Under the pieces are notes generated by a model that made no database searches, was not told where the DNA came from, and saw only the letters and a list, made by a program, of their open reading frames with translations. The position numbers and the translations under genes are program-made. A stretch of 63,527 nucleotides of DNA, filler included, from Octopus bimaculoides (Eukaryota), in NCBI RefSeq assembly GCF_001194135.2. It is 7 parts of 7 records of this genome, joined end to end, with 100 filler letters (N's around TTAATTAATTAA, not from the genome) between each part and the next. Parts side by side here need not be neighbours in the genome. Positions count along the whole stretch, not along the records: positions 1 to 8,178 come from NC_068982.1; positions 8,279 to 17,296 come from NC_068991.1; 5 more parts are not named here. The stretch is one strand, 5' to 3'. This document shows positions 1 through 11,259 of this stretch, in pieces (position 1 is the stretch's first letter; each line of letters begins with the position of its first letter).

Positions 1-160
1 GGTGGTGGTGGTGGTGGTGGTGGTGGAGCTGGTGGTAGTGGTGTTGGAGCTGGTGCTGGTAGTACTGGTGCTGGTGGTGCTGGTGGCCCTAGATAGAATT
101 GTGATGGTGGTTATGATGATGGTTGTAATGCTGGTGGTGGTGGTCGTCATCGTCGTCGTG
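1..160. repeat. Degenerate (GGT/GCT)n trinucleotide low-complexity tract
   Basis: Near-continuous ggt/gct/gat triplets; the poly-Val ORF 2..244 is a by-product. Confidence 0.85.
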
Positions 161-426
161 GCCAGCTCCGAGTTATTCTTGATTTTTAGGGATTCCATAA
201 GAACCGCGGAGATTGTAGGACCAACATACACACTGGGATTTTAGACATGCGCTGGTTTATTGTGGGGATAAGAGGACAGTCTGAGCATGTTACAATCTCT
301 CCATACCTCTAGGAATTCAGAGAGTAGAGGACCCAAACACATACGTTGGGTATTCTGACACACACTAGTAGTGGTCGCAGTTAGGGTGTTGTAACGTCCT
401 CAAGCATTCAATCTCTTTCTGTATAT

Positions 427-429
427 ATG

Positions 430-471
<42 letters not shown>

Positions 472-548
472 CACACACGCATGCACACACGCACACACAC
501 ACACGCATGCACATACGCATGCACACACGCATGCACACACGCACGCAC
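427..548. repeat. (CA)n/(CACG)n microsatellite
   Basis: Direct inspection. Confidence 0.9.
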
Positions 549-619
549 GCTTATACACATGTTGTTGTTGTTGTTGTTTATCTTCATGTTTCTCCTGATG
601 AAGCAGACCTTCGATCAAT

Positions 620-808
620 GAGATTTTAACGAACTGCGCAAGTCCAGGTCGAACTCCTTGCTATCAGACCCAACAGACCACCACATCTCGGCCTGCAGCA
701 GAACCTTCCGAGCAGTCACTGGACTGATCGGCCACAGCCGGACACATCGTGACACGTCTCCTTCTTCCATGTGATGTCTTTGGTCATCGTCAACAACGAT
801 GGACGAAC

Positions 809-846
<38 letters not shown>
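620..846 (+). mobile_element. RTE-clade LINE 3' end (5'-truncated) with (TAA)n tail
   Basis: Frame from 622 reads ...ACSRTFRAVTGLIGHSRTHRDTSPSSM*, like the RTE/BovB C-terminal C2H2 remnant. It is followed by a 3' UTR hairpin catcgt-caaca-acgatg and (TAA)n at 809-846. Confidence 0.75.
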
Positions 847-849
<3 letters not shown>

Positions 850-1640
850 CCGGGGATGTTTAACATGTGAGAACGATAAATCACTGCTCCGAAACTTATC
901 CAAAAACATCGGAAATAATGACAACGCATGGAGCAAAAAAATAGCTGACAAAGGGTTGGACTATATCCGATTAAGTAATACTCATTGAAATTTATTTCTA
1001 TTTTTCCAAATATAATGATGTATTTTAACTTGATACCTCCACTACCCGCACAGCGATCGTAAACACACGTGTTACATCAAAATCAGACCATCTTCGAACC
1101 CCAAAACACCATGTACAAAAAAATTACAAGCAGATTAAATAACATCGGTATTATTCCACCCAAGAATAACAACCGAGAAGTGCGTACTGTAAGCTTGTTA
1201 CGAAAAAAGTACGANNNNNNNNNNNNNNNNNNNNNNNNNNNNNNNNNNNNNNNNNNNNNNNNNNNNNNNNNNNNNNNNNNNNNNNNNNNNNNNNNNNNNN
1301 NNNNNNNNNNNNNNNNNNNNNNNNNNNNNNNNNNNNNNNNNNNNNNNNNNNNNNNNNNNNNNNNNNNNNNNNNNNNNNNNNNNNNNNNNNNNNNNNNNNN
1401 NNNNNNNNNNNNNNNNNNNNNNNNNNNNNNNNNNNNNNNNNNNNNNNNNNNNNNNNNNNNNNNNNNNNNNNNNNNNNNNNNNNNNNNNNNNNNNNNNNNN
1501 NNNNNNNNNNNNNNNNNNNNNNNNNNNNNNNNNNNNNNNNNNNNNNNNNNNNNNNNNNNNNNNNNNNNNNNNNNNNNNNNNNNNNNNNNNNNNNNNNNNN
1601 NNNNNNNNNNNNNNNNNNNNNNNNNNNNNNNNNNNNNNNN

Positions 1641-1682
1641 GTAGTGAAGTGAAAGCACGTTATAAAAATAAAACTACTGAAC

Positions 1683-1752
<70 letters not shown>
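1641..1752 (+). mobile_element. 3' terminus of an R4/Dong-type LINE (family F) plus (AAT)n tail
   Basis: gtagtgaagtgaaagcacgttataaaaataaaactactgaa matches the 3' end of the RLE element at 17397-17730; the upstream part lies in an N gap. Confidence 0.8.
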
Positions 1753-3208
1753 GTGCTGATATCAGAATGGAGTTCGGACTGAGAAAGTGTGGTGTTAGTC
1801 TTGAAGAGAGGCAAAATAAAATGTATGGACGGGCTAACGATACCGTCGGGGGAGGTTATGAAGCAGATAGAAGAGACGGGCTATAAGTACTTGGGGATTT
1901 TGGAAATGGATAAATTAATGGAGAAAGAAATGACAGAAAAATTTAAGGTGGAGTACTTGTGCAGTTTGAGACTGATCCTTAAGTCGAAATTAAACGGACG
2001 GAATAAGATTGAAGCTATCAACACCTGGGCGGTTTCACTCCTTAGATATGGAGCAAGGATAATCGCATGGACAGTAGACGTACTAAAAAGCTTAGATAGA
2101 AAGACAAGGAAGTTACTAACTAGATATGGGTTACTCCACCCAAAAAGTGACACAGACAGACTGTATGTACCAAGAAAAAGAGGGGGAAGAGGACTTATTG
2201 GATGCGAACACAGCATTAGAGCAGAAGAAAGCAACATAGCATGGTATGTAAAAAATGCCACAGAACCGCTATTATTAGAAGTAGGAAGGTGAGGCTTGTA
2301 TAGGATGAAAGATTGCAAAGAAAAAGCACTATAGAAGAAATTGAAAACGAATGAAACTGAGAATAGGTGAGTAAAGAAAAGAATGCATGGTCAATTTCAT
2401 AGGGATGTTGAAGATAAGACAGACAGAGAAAAAAGATGGCTGTGGATGACTAAAAGTGATTTAAAATCGGAAACGGAGGCTCTAATCTATGCTGCACAAG
2501 AGCAAGAACTGAGAACAAACTACATAAAATACAGAATAGACAACACGGTAGAAAGTGATAAGTGCAGAATCTGTGGACAAAACGGTGAAACCGTATGGCA
2601 TATTACCAGCCAATGTACGCTACTAGCCCAGAAGGAATATAAGAGACGCCACGACAATATAGCCAGGCTTGTCTATTGGACACTTTGCAACAAGTATGGA
2701 CGTGACAGAACAAAAAATTGGTACGACCACAAGCCCGAAGGCATCGTCGAAAATAAAATGCAAAGATTCTATGGGATTTTATGATTCAGTACGACCATGA
2801 GATTGAGAATAGGAAGCCGGACATAATCTTAATTGGGAAAGAAAACAAACTATGCTGGATCATAGACATAGCATGCCCAGCTGACAACAAGGTATGCGAT
2901 AAGGAAGAAAGAAAAGTCGAGAGATATGACAGGTTAGCTTGGGAAGTTAAGCAGTTGTGGTCGATGAAAAAGGTAGCAGTAGTATCAATAATTGTCGGAG
3001 CCCTGGGAACAGTGAGCAAAAATCTCGAGAAGTATGCGGAACAAATAGGGGCTGCAATAAGGGTGGAGCACTTGCATTAAACAGCACTGCTTGGAATCGC
3101 CTGAATATTCCGGAAAGTGCTCGAAAAATAAGAGGTGTTACCTTAGTTCACTGGTCGAGAACATCTGACACTGTAATACATCTCCAGCGTTAGAAGATGT
3201 GCAAAAGC

Positions 3209-3243
<35 letters not shown>
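1753..3243 (+). mobile_element. R4/Dong-clade non-LTR retrotransposon, 5'-truncated and decayed (RT C-terminus, CCHC knuckle, restriction-like endonuclease)
   Basis: ORF pieces 1789-2292 (YKYLG; DRLYVPRKRGGRGL), 2383-2784 (CRICGQNGETVWHITSQC; RRHDNIA) and 2781-3080 (RKPDIILI...IIDIACP...IIVGALG). Stops and frameshifts present; flanked by (TAA)n on both sides. Confidence 0.92.
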
Positions 3244-3244
<1 letters not shown>

Positions 3245-3628
3245 GAGCACTACTTCCCACTACTCTTCAGGTTGCCACCCCCCTTTTCTTAAGACATTAT
3301 GGTGCGATTTCGAAAAGATTTGGCTGCAATTTCCAGCNNNNNNNNNNNNNNNNNNNNNNNNNNNNNNNNNNNNNNNNNNNNNNNNNNNNNNNNNNNNNNN
3401 NNNNNNNNNNNNNNNNNNNNNNNNNNNNNNNNNNNNNNNNNNNNNNNNNNNNNNNNNNNNNNNNNNNNNNNNNNNNNNNNNNNNNNNNNNNNNNNNNNNN
3501 NNNNNNNNNNNNNNNNNNNNNNNNNNNNNNNNNNNNNNNNNNNNNNNNNNNNNNNNNNNNNNNNNNNNNNNNNNNNNNNNNNNNNNNNNNNNNNNNNNNN
3601 NNNNNNNNNNNNNNNNNNNNNNNNNNNN

Positions 3629-3692
3629 GAACAGCTGGTGTGCTTGATCTATTTCATCAGATACGAGTGTTATATCATCTGCGAAGTAAGAA
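3629..3692 (-). mobile_element. RTE/RTE-X LINE RT fragment (FADD catalytic motif)
   Basis: Minus frame reads YFADDITLVSDEIDQAHQLF and runs into an N gap. Confidence 0.7.
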
Positions 3693-3823
3693 GAGGAAAG
3701 CGACACTCTTACATCGACAACTTGATGGCAGACACTGGCCTGGGATGTATCCAGAACCTCGAGGCAGACCGAGGAGTGTAGCGGGGGAGACTATGTTGCT
3801 GCGGCCCGGAATGGAACCCGGTC

Positions 3824-3884
<61 letters not shown>

Positions 3885-3933
3885 TGATAATAATAATAAT
3901 AATGATGATAATAATAATAATGATAATAATAAT
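3688..3933 (+). mobile_element. RTE/RTE-X-like LINE 3' end with (AAT/GAT)n tail
   Basis: RRGKRHSYIDNLMADTGL...ADRGV*R resembles the RTE-X C-terminus (RGRP..YID.L..DTG...DR..WR); tail 3824-3933. Confidence 0.55.
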
Positions 3934-4259
3934 ATAATCAAGGGCATTCCAGCCACAGCCATCCTGTTTTTCTCTTTTCAATCATACTTCACTCTGCAAG
4001 GAACTATACCACACTGTGGTTCCAACTTATATCTGTGTAGATTGGACTTTTGACTGTTAAATGTCTTGTCATGGAATAGACAAAGTACAGTAAACTATAA
4101 CACATTGATCTTGCTCACTGCTAGATGCACAGGAAACTATTATGCCATACTGTGATATATACTTTAAAGCAAAGTAGACTGGACTGTTGATAATAAAGTG
4201 TATTCTTCATAGACATAGTACAGTAAACTATACCGCATTGTATTACTCACTAGATGGAG

Positions 4260-4320
<61 letters not shown>

Positions 4321-5173
4321 NNNNNNNNNNNNNNNNNNNNNNNNNNNNNNNNNNNNNNNNNNNNNNNNNNNNNNNNNNNNNNNNNNNNNNNNNNNNNNNN
4401 NNNNNNNNNNNNNNNNNNNNNNNNNNNNNNNNNNNNNNNNNNNNNNNNNNNNNNNNNNNNNNNNNNNNNNNNNNNNNNNNNNNNNNNNNNNNNNNNNNNN
4501 NNNNNNNNNNNNNNNNNNNNNNNNNNNNNNNNNNNNNNNNNNNNNNNNNNNNNNNNNNNNNNNNNNNNNNNNNNNNNNNNNNNNNNNNNNNNNNNNNNNN
4601 NNNNNNNNNNNNNNNNNNNNNNNNNNNNNNNNNNNNNNNNNNNNNNNNNNNNNNNNNNNNNNNNNNNNNNNNNNNNNNNNNNNNNNNNNNNNNNNNNNNN
4701 NNNNNNNNNNNNNNNNNNNNNNNNNNNNNNNNNNNNNNNNNNNNNNNNNNNNNNNNNNNNNNNNNNNNNNNNNNNNNNNNNNNNNNNNNNNNNNNNNNNN
4801 NNNNNNNNNNNNNNNNNNNNNNNNNNNNNNNNNNNNNNNNNNNNNNNNNNNNNNNNNNNNNNNNNNNNNNNNNNNNNNNNNNNNNNNNNNNNNNNNNNNN
4901 NNNNNNNNNNNNNNNNNNNNNNNNNNNNNNNNNNNNNNNNNNNNNNNNNNNNNNNNNNNNNNNNNNNNNNNNNNNNNNNNNNNNNNNNNNNNNNNNNNNN
5001 NNNNNNNNNNNNNNNNNNNNNNNNNNNNNNNNNNNNNNNNNNNNNNNNNNNNNNNNNNNNNNNNNNNNNNNNNNNNNNNNNNNNNNNNNNNNNNNNNNNN
5101 NNNNNNNNNNNNNNNNNNNNNNNNNNNNNNNNNNNNNNNNNNNNNNNNNNNNNNNNNNNNNNNNNNNNNNNNT

Positions 5174-5420
5174 ATGTGTACATATATATGCGTGTGTGTA
5201 TCCTTGTGTATGCATTTGATCCCACCCACCCACCATCACTTGACAAACGTTGTTGGTTTGTTCATGTTCCCTTAACTTAGCGGTTCAGCAAAAGATACCG
5301 AGAGAGTACGCAGCTGGCTTTAAAAATAAGTACTGGGATCGATTTGTTCGACTAAAATTCTTCAAGGCGGTACCTCCAGCATGGCCGCAGTCTAATGACT
5401 GAGACAAGTCAAAGGAACGA
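5174..5420 (+). mobile_element. SINE family A, 3' half
   Basis: aacttagcggttcagcaaaag...ccagcatggccgcagtctaatgactgagacaag matches other A copies; the (GT)n at 4261-4320 may be its internal microsatellite across the gap. Confidence 0.75.
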
Positions 5421-5961
5421 AAGGTTAAGACCATGAACCTCGGTCATAACACAGTAGAGTGGGTTATATTATATGTGGTACCTGGTACGGCTAGATGGAC
5501 TGTGCTAATGCGCTAATTACTGACACTAAGATGAGTTGGAATGTCAAGATTTTAAAATCCTTGTCGTGGATAGTATCCAGTGCTGGTGAGCGGAGCCGAA
5601 CCAACAGAGCGTTGCTTGGCCGTTCGTCTCGATGTGATGGAGAAACGGCCTCAACTTTACTAGACATACACTGGGAAAATAGAAATGAGAAACTAAACAA
5701 TAATTAATGAATGGTATACATTATTAATTATGAAGAAACTTAAACATAATGAAAACTAGAGCCTACAATTATTATCGTCATAAAATAAACTAATAACTTT
5801 TCGAATGCTAAAAGATGGCGACAAAGTGAAGCAAATTGGATTGGATCAAAGTAAACGGTAAACATATAATCGTTTATAACCGGTAATTATTATAAAATTC
5901 GATTTTGAAAAATGCGCTTGATTTGATTTGGTTTTAGATTTTTATTTTAAATAATAATTAA

Positions 5962-6118
5962 GCACAGGCGTGGCTTTTATAATAAGAAGCTTGCTTCCCA
6001 GTGGTTACGGGTTCAGTCCCATTTCGTGTCACCTTGGCCAAGTGTCTTCTACTATAGCCTCGGGCTGACTAAACCTTGTGAATGGATTTGGTAGACGGAA
6101 ACAGAAAGAAGCCCGTCG

Positions 6119-6166
<48 letters not shown>

Positions 6167-6382
6167 TGTGTTTGTGTGTGTCTATGTTTGCCCCCACTCC
6201 ATCGCTTAACAACCGATGTTGGTGTATTTACGTCCCCGTAACCTAGCGGTTCGGCAAAAAGACTGACAGAATTAGTACTTGGCTTACAAAGAATAAGTCC
6301 TGGGGTAGATTTGTTCGACTAAAGGTGATGCTCCAGCATGGCCGAAGTCAAATGACTGAAACAAGTAAAAGAATAAAAGAAG
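5962..6382 (+). mobile_element. SINE family A (tRNA head, internal (TG)n, hairpin tail)
   Basis: B-box ggttcagtccc, gaaagaagcccgtcg, (TG)n, ccagcatggccgaagtcaaatgactgaaacaagtaaaag. Confidence 0.9.
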
Positions 6383-6387
6383 AAATA

Positions 6388-6419
<32 letters not shown>

Positions 6420-6607
6420 ATGGTTTCAAATTAGACAATCAATTCCCGGGGTGGGGCTAAGTCGATTAACTCGACCCAGTACTCAACTGGTATTTATTAC
6501 ATCAACCCCAAAAGGATGGAAGACAGTCGACTTCGGATGAATTTAAACTTAGTGCGTAAAGGCAAACGAAATGCTGCAAAACATTTTGCCCGGCGTGCTC
6601 GCGATTC
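6420..6607 (-). mobile_element. SINE family B monomer, diverged
   Basis: Similar to the B core (catcaaccccaaaaggatggaagacagtcgac; cccggcgtgct). Confidence 0.75.
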
Positions 6608-7003
6608 TTTTCAACTCAAGACACAAGGCCCGAAATTTTGGGGAGGGGTCCAGTCGATTAGATCGACTCCAGTACGCAACTGGTACTTAATTTATCGACC
6701 CCGAAAGGATGAAAGGCAAAGTCGACCTCGGCGGAATTTGAACTCGGAACGTAGCGGTAGACGAAATACCTATTTCTTTACTGCCCACAAGGGGCTACAC
6801 AGAGAGGGGACAAACAAGGACAGACAAACGGACTAAGTCGATTATATTGACCCCAGTGCGTAACTGGTAATTAATTCATCGACCCCGAAAGGATGAAAGG
6901 CAAAGTCGACCTCGGCGGAATTTGAACTCAGAACGTAGCGGCAGACGAAATACCGCTAAGCATTTCGCCCGGCGTGCTAACGTTTCTGCCAGCTCACCGC
7001 CTT
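6605..7003 (-). mobile_element. SINE family B dimer (tRNA head plus conserved central domain, two monomers)
   Basis: Two tandem copies of atcgaccccgaaaggatgaaaggcaaagtcgacctcggcggaatttgaactc; junction at 6770/6771; mirror of 37057-37492. Confidence 0.92.
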
Positions 7004-7022
7004 TATAATAATGAAACGTAAT

Positions 7023-7390
7023 AGGTGCAGGCATTACTGTGTGGTTAAGATGCTCGCCGCTTTGCAACCACGAGGTTTTGAGTTCAATCCCACTGCGTGG
7101 CACCTTGGGTGTCTTCTTCTATAGGACCAAGCCGACCAATGTCTTGTGAGTGAATTTGATAGACTGAAATTCTGTAGGGGGGGTGAGTGAGGGGTGTCCC
7201 ACCGCTTGAAAACCAGAGTTGGCTTGTTTACGTCTCTGTAACTTAGTTGTTCGGCAAAATGACCGATAAAATGAGTACCAGATTTTAAAATAGGTACTGT
7301 GGTCGATTTGTTCGACTAAAACCCTACAAGGCGGTGTTCCAGCATGGCCGCAATCCAGTGACTGAAACAAGTAAAACATTAAAAATAAAA
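7023..7390 (+). mobile_element. SINE family A variant, full length, diverged
   Basis: A-box ctgtgtggttaag, B-box gagttcaatccc, tail ccagcatggccgcaatccagtgactgaaac. Confidence 0.85.
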
Positions 7391-7410
7391 GACTATAATT
7401 ATACAGACTA

Positions 7411-7797
7411 GGCGCAGGTGTAGCTGTGTGGTAAGTAGCTTGCTTGCTTCCCAACCACATGGTTCCGGATTCAGTCCTACAGCGTGGCACCTTGGACAAG
7501 TGTCTTCTACTATAGCCTCGGGCCGACCAAAGCCTTGTGAGTGGATTTGGCAGGCGGAAATTGAAAGAAGCCCGTCGTATATATATTTATGTAAATACAA
7601 AATATGGGTGTTTAGTTCACAGGTGATCTAAACGATTAGGTACGCTAGGTAAATGCTGTAACGGATTACTAGGGCTCCAAGGTTATAACCGAGACGTTAG
7701 TTATGGAGTCATTGCAGATTTCCGATATAACGATATGTGTATGTATGTATGTATGTATGTATGTATGTATGTATGCGAATGTGTATGTGGGTGTGTG

Positions 7798-7834
<37 letters not shown>

Positions 7835-8027
7835 CTGTGTTTGGCCCCTAACCATCGCTTGACAACCGATGTTGGTGTGTTTACGTCCCCGTAACTTAGC
7901 GGTTCGGCAAAAAAGAAACCGATAGCATAAGTACTAGGCTTACAAAGAATAAGTCCTGGGGTCGATTTGTTCGATTAAAGGCGATGTTCCAGCATGGCCG
8001 CAGTCAAATGACTGAAACAAGTAAAAA
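7411..8027 (+). mobile_element. SINE family A with a ~140-bp insert in its internal microsatellite
   Basis: 5' half 7411-7590, unrelated sequence 7591-7730, (TATG)/(TG)n, 3' half 7835-8027. Confidence 0.88.
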
Positions 8028-8222
8028 CAATAGTAATATCTAATGCATTTTGGGTGGACGTAAAGAATGTGGACCGCACGCACCCCCTTTCGTCTTTTGT
8101 TTTTTACAGAATCCCCCATTTTGGGGTACGGAGATTCTGATTCTGAGGAAAAAATAAAAAATAAAAAACGGCATTTAANNNNNNNNNNNNNNNNNNNNNN
8201 NNNNNNNNNNNNNNNNNNNNNN

Positions 8223-8234
8223 TTAATTAATTAA
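8223..8234. other. Assembly gap spacer TTAATTAATTAA (artefact)
   Basis: 12-mer between two 44-N runs, total 100. Confidence 0.95.
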
Positions 8235-9004
8235 NNNNNNNNNNNNNNNNNNNNNNNNNNNNNNNNNNNNNNNNNNNNATATATATATATATATACAGAA
8301 AGCCGACAGGAATTGTGTTCCATTCACAGCATTATCGAGGTCAATCAATATAAATCAAATCGATAATGAATATCTAGAACAGGAAATTGAAATCTAACTG
8401 AAAGAATGTCATTTAGAACAGTCGAGCATTTCGAAAAGCGCCATTAATTCTTCGCATCATGAAATTTCAAATTGAATGATTTTTGAAAGCAGCTACCCTC
8501 AAAGTTTGGATTACATAAGTTCACATTGAAATTTATCCCTCATATGTTTGCATGACTTTTAAATGTGACATCATAGCTTCTATTATGTAAACATATTATG
8601 TTATAAGTTAACAATAAGTTTATAATACATGGCTTAGAGATGAGCCAGATCATTGTTTGATGTAATTTTGATTTGATACAGTAACTACCACAAAATCTGG
8701 AAAGAATGCAGTATGATACAAATCATTTACTAATTTTCCTATAAAATATATATCCCTATGCAAGTAATGTAGGTGAAGTTCACCGAACTGTAAATAGATT
8801 ACAGCGAATTAGCGTAATGAGCAATGTGTTTTGTAGTTTTTTTTAGTATTTTCTCATGATATGTGGAGCTCCAAATCTTTTCCTTTGTCGATAAAAGAGT
8901 ACGAATTCAGATTATTACATTGGCAGAAATCTAAGAACATTGAAGCAAATCTCTGGCAGTACTTTTTTCTGTCTCTCGGCTCTTTGCGTTTTGAGTTCAA
9001 TCCC

Positions 9005-9220
9005 TACAAGGTGGGTACTGAAAAGTTCCATACCTTGGGTAAGAGAAAATAAGGATGATCAGTTAATTATGATTTTATTCAACATATTCCCATCTCAGAT
9101 TCATACACTTATGGTAGCATCCCTTCAGTTTTTCTAAGCTCTGTAAAAGAACTCGGAAGGTTAAGCCTCCAGCCTTTCACAACACTCTTAACGTCAGGAA
9201 CTTTTCAGCAAGCTCTCATA
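9005..9220 (-). mobile_element. Mariner-derived MITE with terminal inverted repeats
   Basis: Left tacaaggtgggtactgaaaagttcc and right ggaacttttcagcaagctctcata are inverted with TA ends. The interior is the reverse complement of 59452-59552 and resembles a mariner transposase C-terminal end. Confidence 0.8.
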
Positions 9221-10109
9221 TTTTTATGGTAAGATGTTGGCTTAACATCAGCGCATGTGTCCTTTATTAGCGAAGTACGTTCTGTTGTAGACTCTTGGGC
9301 CACAAGTTTCCGATTTCAGGATAACTTCTTCTCACCAACCTGGGAGCCCCGGTGAAAGGTCACGGAGACTGAATTCCTTCCTGACTAAAGAATAATGTTT
9401 TAGAATATACAGATTGGCGTGTTTAATACAAAAAATTTACCAGTAAAAGAAACAAGATGTCTGATTTTAGTGCAAGTAAATGCGCTATATCGTTATTAGA
9501 TCATAAGTTAGAAGCCAAAATCGCCTTCAAGTCATTTTACTTTCAATAAGGACATAACGTTAAATAATATAGCCTGGTCATTAAATAAAGTTAAGCACTC
9601 CAGGTCACAACCCGCTACTAGTACCAAAAATTGGAATCGCAATCACAATATTATTTGGACAATTCTCTGAGGACTTGGCCACCAGCATTTTACAACAATT
9701 CACTGATCCAAACATGTCATCATAAACGAGATATATACACACAACCAGAACACATATCAGTGAACACAACTCACATACTGGTTCGTTTATACACATGCAC
9801 ACACACGCCGCCCTACGCAGAGGCACACATAATTTTAAGCTTGCACATACCTACATTCGCACACCCTCGCACCCATTCACACATACACCCTCGCACACAC
9901 AATTTTTACATGTACACTCGGGCTTGCGGACCCATTTCAGCCGGGTCACCATTAATTTTTATATCTCTTATACTTTGCCTTTTTTTCCCCGTCATTTCAT
10001 CATGTCATTTTCATCCTTCACATCATTTTCACTAAGCGTTTTTTCCTTCTCTCTCAATGGTTTCCTCTCATCCCTTTCTGTCGAAGATCATAGACCCCAA
10101 ACGTCAAAC

Positions 10110-10580
10110 TAATGCACCTGCTTCTTGTTCACTCACCAGTCTTCATCTTATAGGTTTGTGTAAATTTGAACTATATATGAGTCTGTGTAAATTTGAACTA
10201 TATATGAGTACAAATCTTGTATATAAATGTACCGTGCACACAGGTGAAGGGCCGAAGGCTGATTCTTTTAAGAATCGTTATTGCAACCATGTCAACAGCT
10301 TCAAGACAATCAATAACAGGCATTCGACATCTTTGGCAGATTTTGTATGTCAACTGGAGGAAGATGATATTAAGTACAACATAGCTTGGTCCATAGTAAG
10401 GCAGTATCATTGTAAGGCAGTATCATTGTAAGGCAGTATCATGCAGTATCATTTTCAGAAGATGTCGACTTTTTCCGAGGAATCCCTGTCTATTCTGTGG
10501 ACTAATGAGACAATCATTAATACAATTTCTGAAAGACTCTGAAGATGCCGACAAACATATAAATGTACTTTCGCACAATG
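10110..10580 (+). mobile_element. Penelope-like element GIY-YIG endonuclease region, decayed
   Basis: NLVYKCTVHT...SFKNRYCNHVNSFK...HSTSLADFVCQLEEDDIKYNIAWSIVRQ, then RRCRL...CRQ, fits the PLE GIY-YIG pattern (NVVY.ATV...FK.RY.NH..SF...ST.LS..IW.LK...I.W.I). Internal 27-bp x2 (10157) and 16-bp x3 (10396) duplications. Confidence 0.75.
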
Positions 10581-11202
10581 CAGCGGGAATGAATTTGAGT
10601 AACTGTTCACGTAATTTACTTTAAGGTTTGGATGAATTAAGTTTAGTTCTAATCCCTCCATTCTTATAAACACCAAGTTGCTATTTGACTGGCTGTGTGA
10701 TCGTGATGCCCCAAGCTACACGTGTGCATATGCTTATATTTTATCGGATGCTTGTATGAGTGAGTGTGCACGTGCCATGCAACTTGCACGAGGACGTTTC
10801 TACATCCATATCTGTAAGCGGTTATTTTTAAATACTTCTCTCGCTGTATTGCAGGTTCGTTTCTTTTTTGCACCTGTGGTTTTATTTTTGATTTTCTATA
10901 TAAATGAAGATATTGCCTTCGTTTTGCTGCTTTTCATTCTACAAAATGGCAGTCTACATAGCAGAAGTGTTATTTTAACGAGTTGTATCTATCTATCACC
11001 CAATAAGACACATCTGCACCGCCGGATGCTCGTAAACCAGCTGTTAAGTATCCCACCCCTGAGAGATGGATGCTAGATGTGTGGGAACNNNNNNNNNNNN
11101 NNNNNNNNNNNNNNNNNNNNNNNNNNNNNNNNNNNNNNNNNNNNNNNNNNNNNNNNNNNNNNNNNNNNNNNNNNNNNNNNNNNNNNNNNNNNNNNNNNNN
11201 NN

Positions 11203-11259
<57 letters not shown>

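Noticed and set aside
588-625. CTGATGA followed by a small stem
   Set aside because: No GAAA half of the core
4164-5280. 300-400 aa ORFs here and at 51095-52444, 56039-57304 and 58394-59572
   Set aside because: Made of N-gap X residues and microsatellite translation
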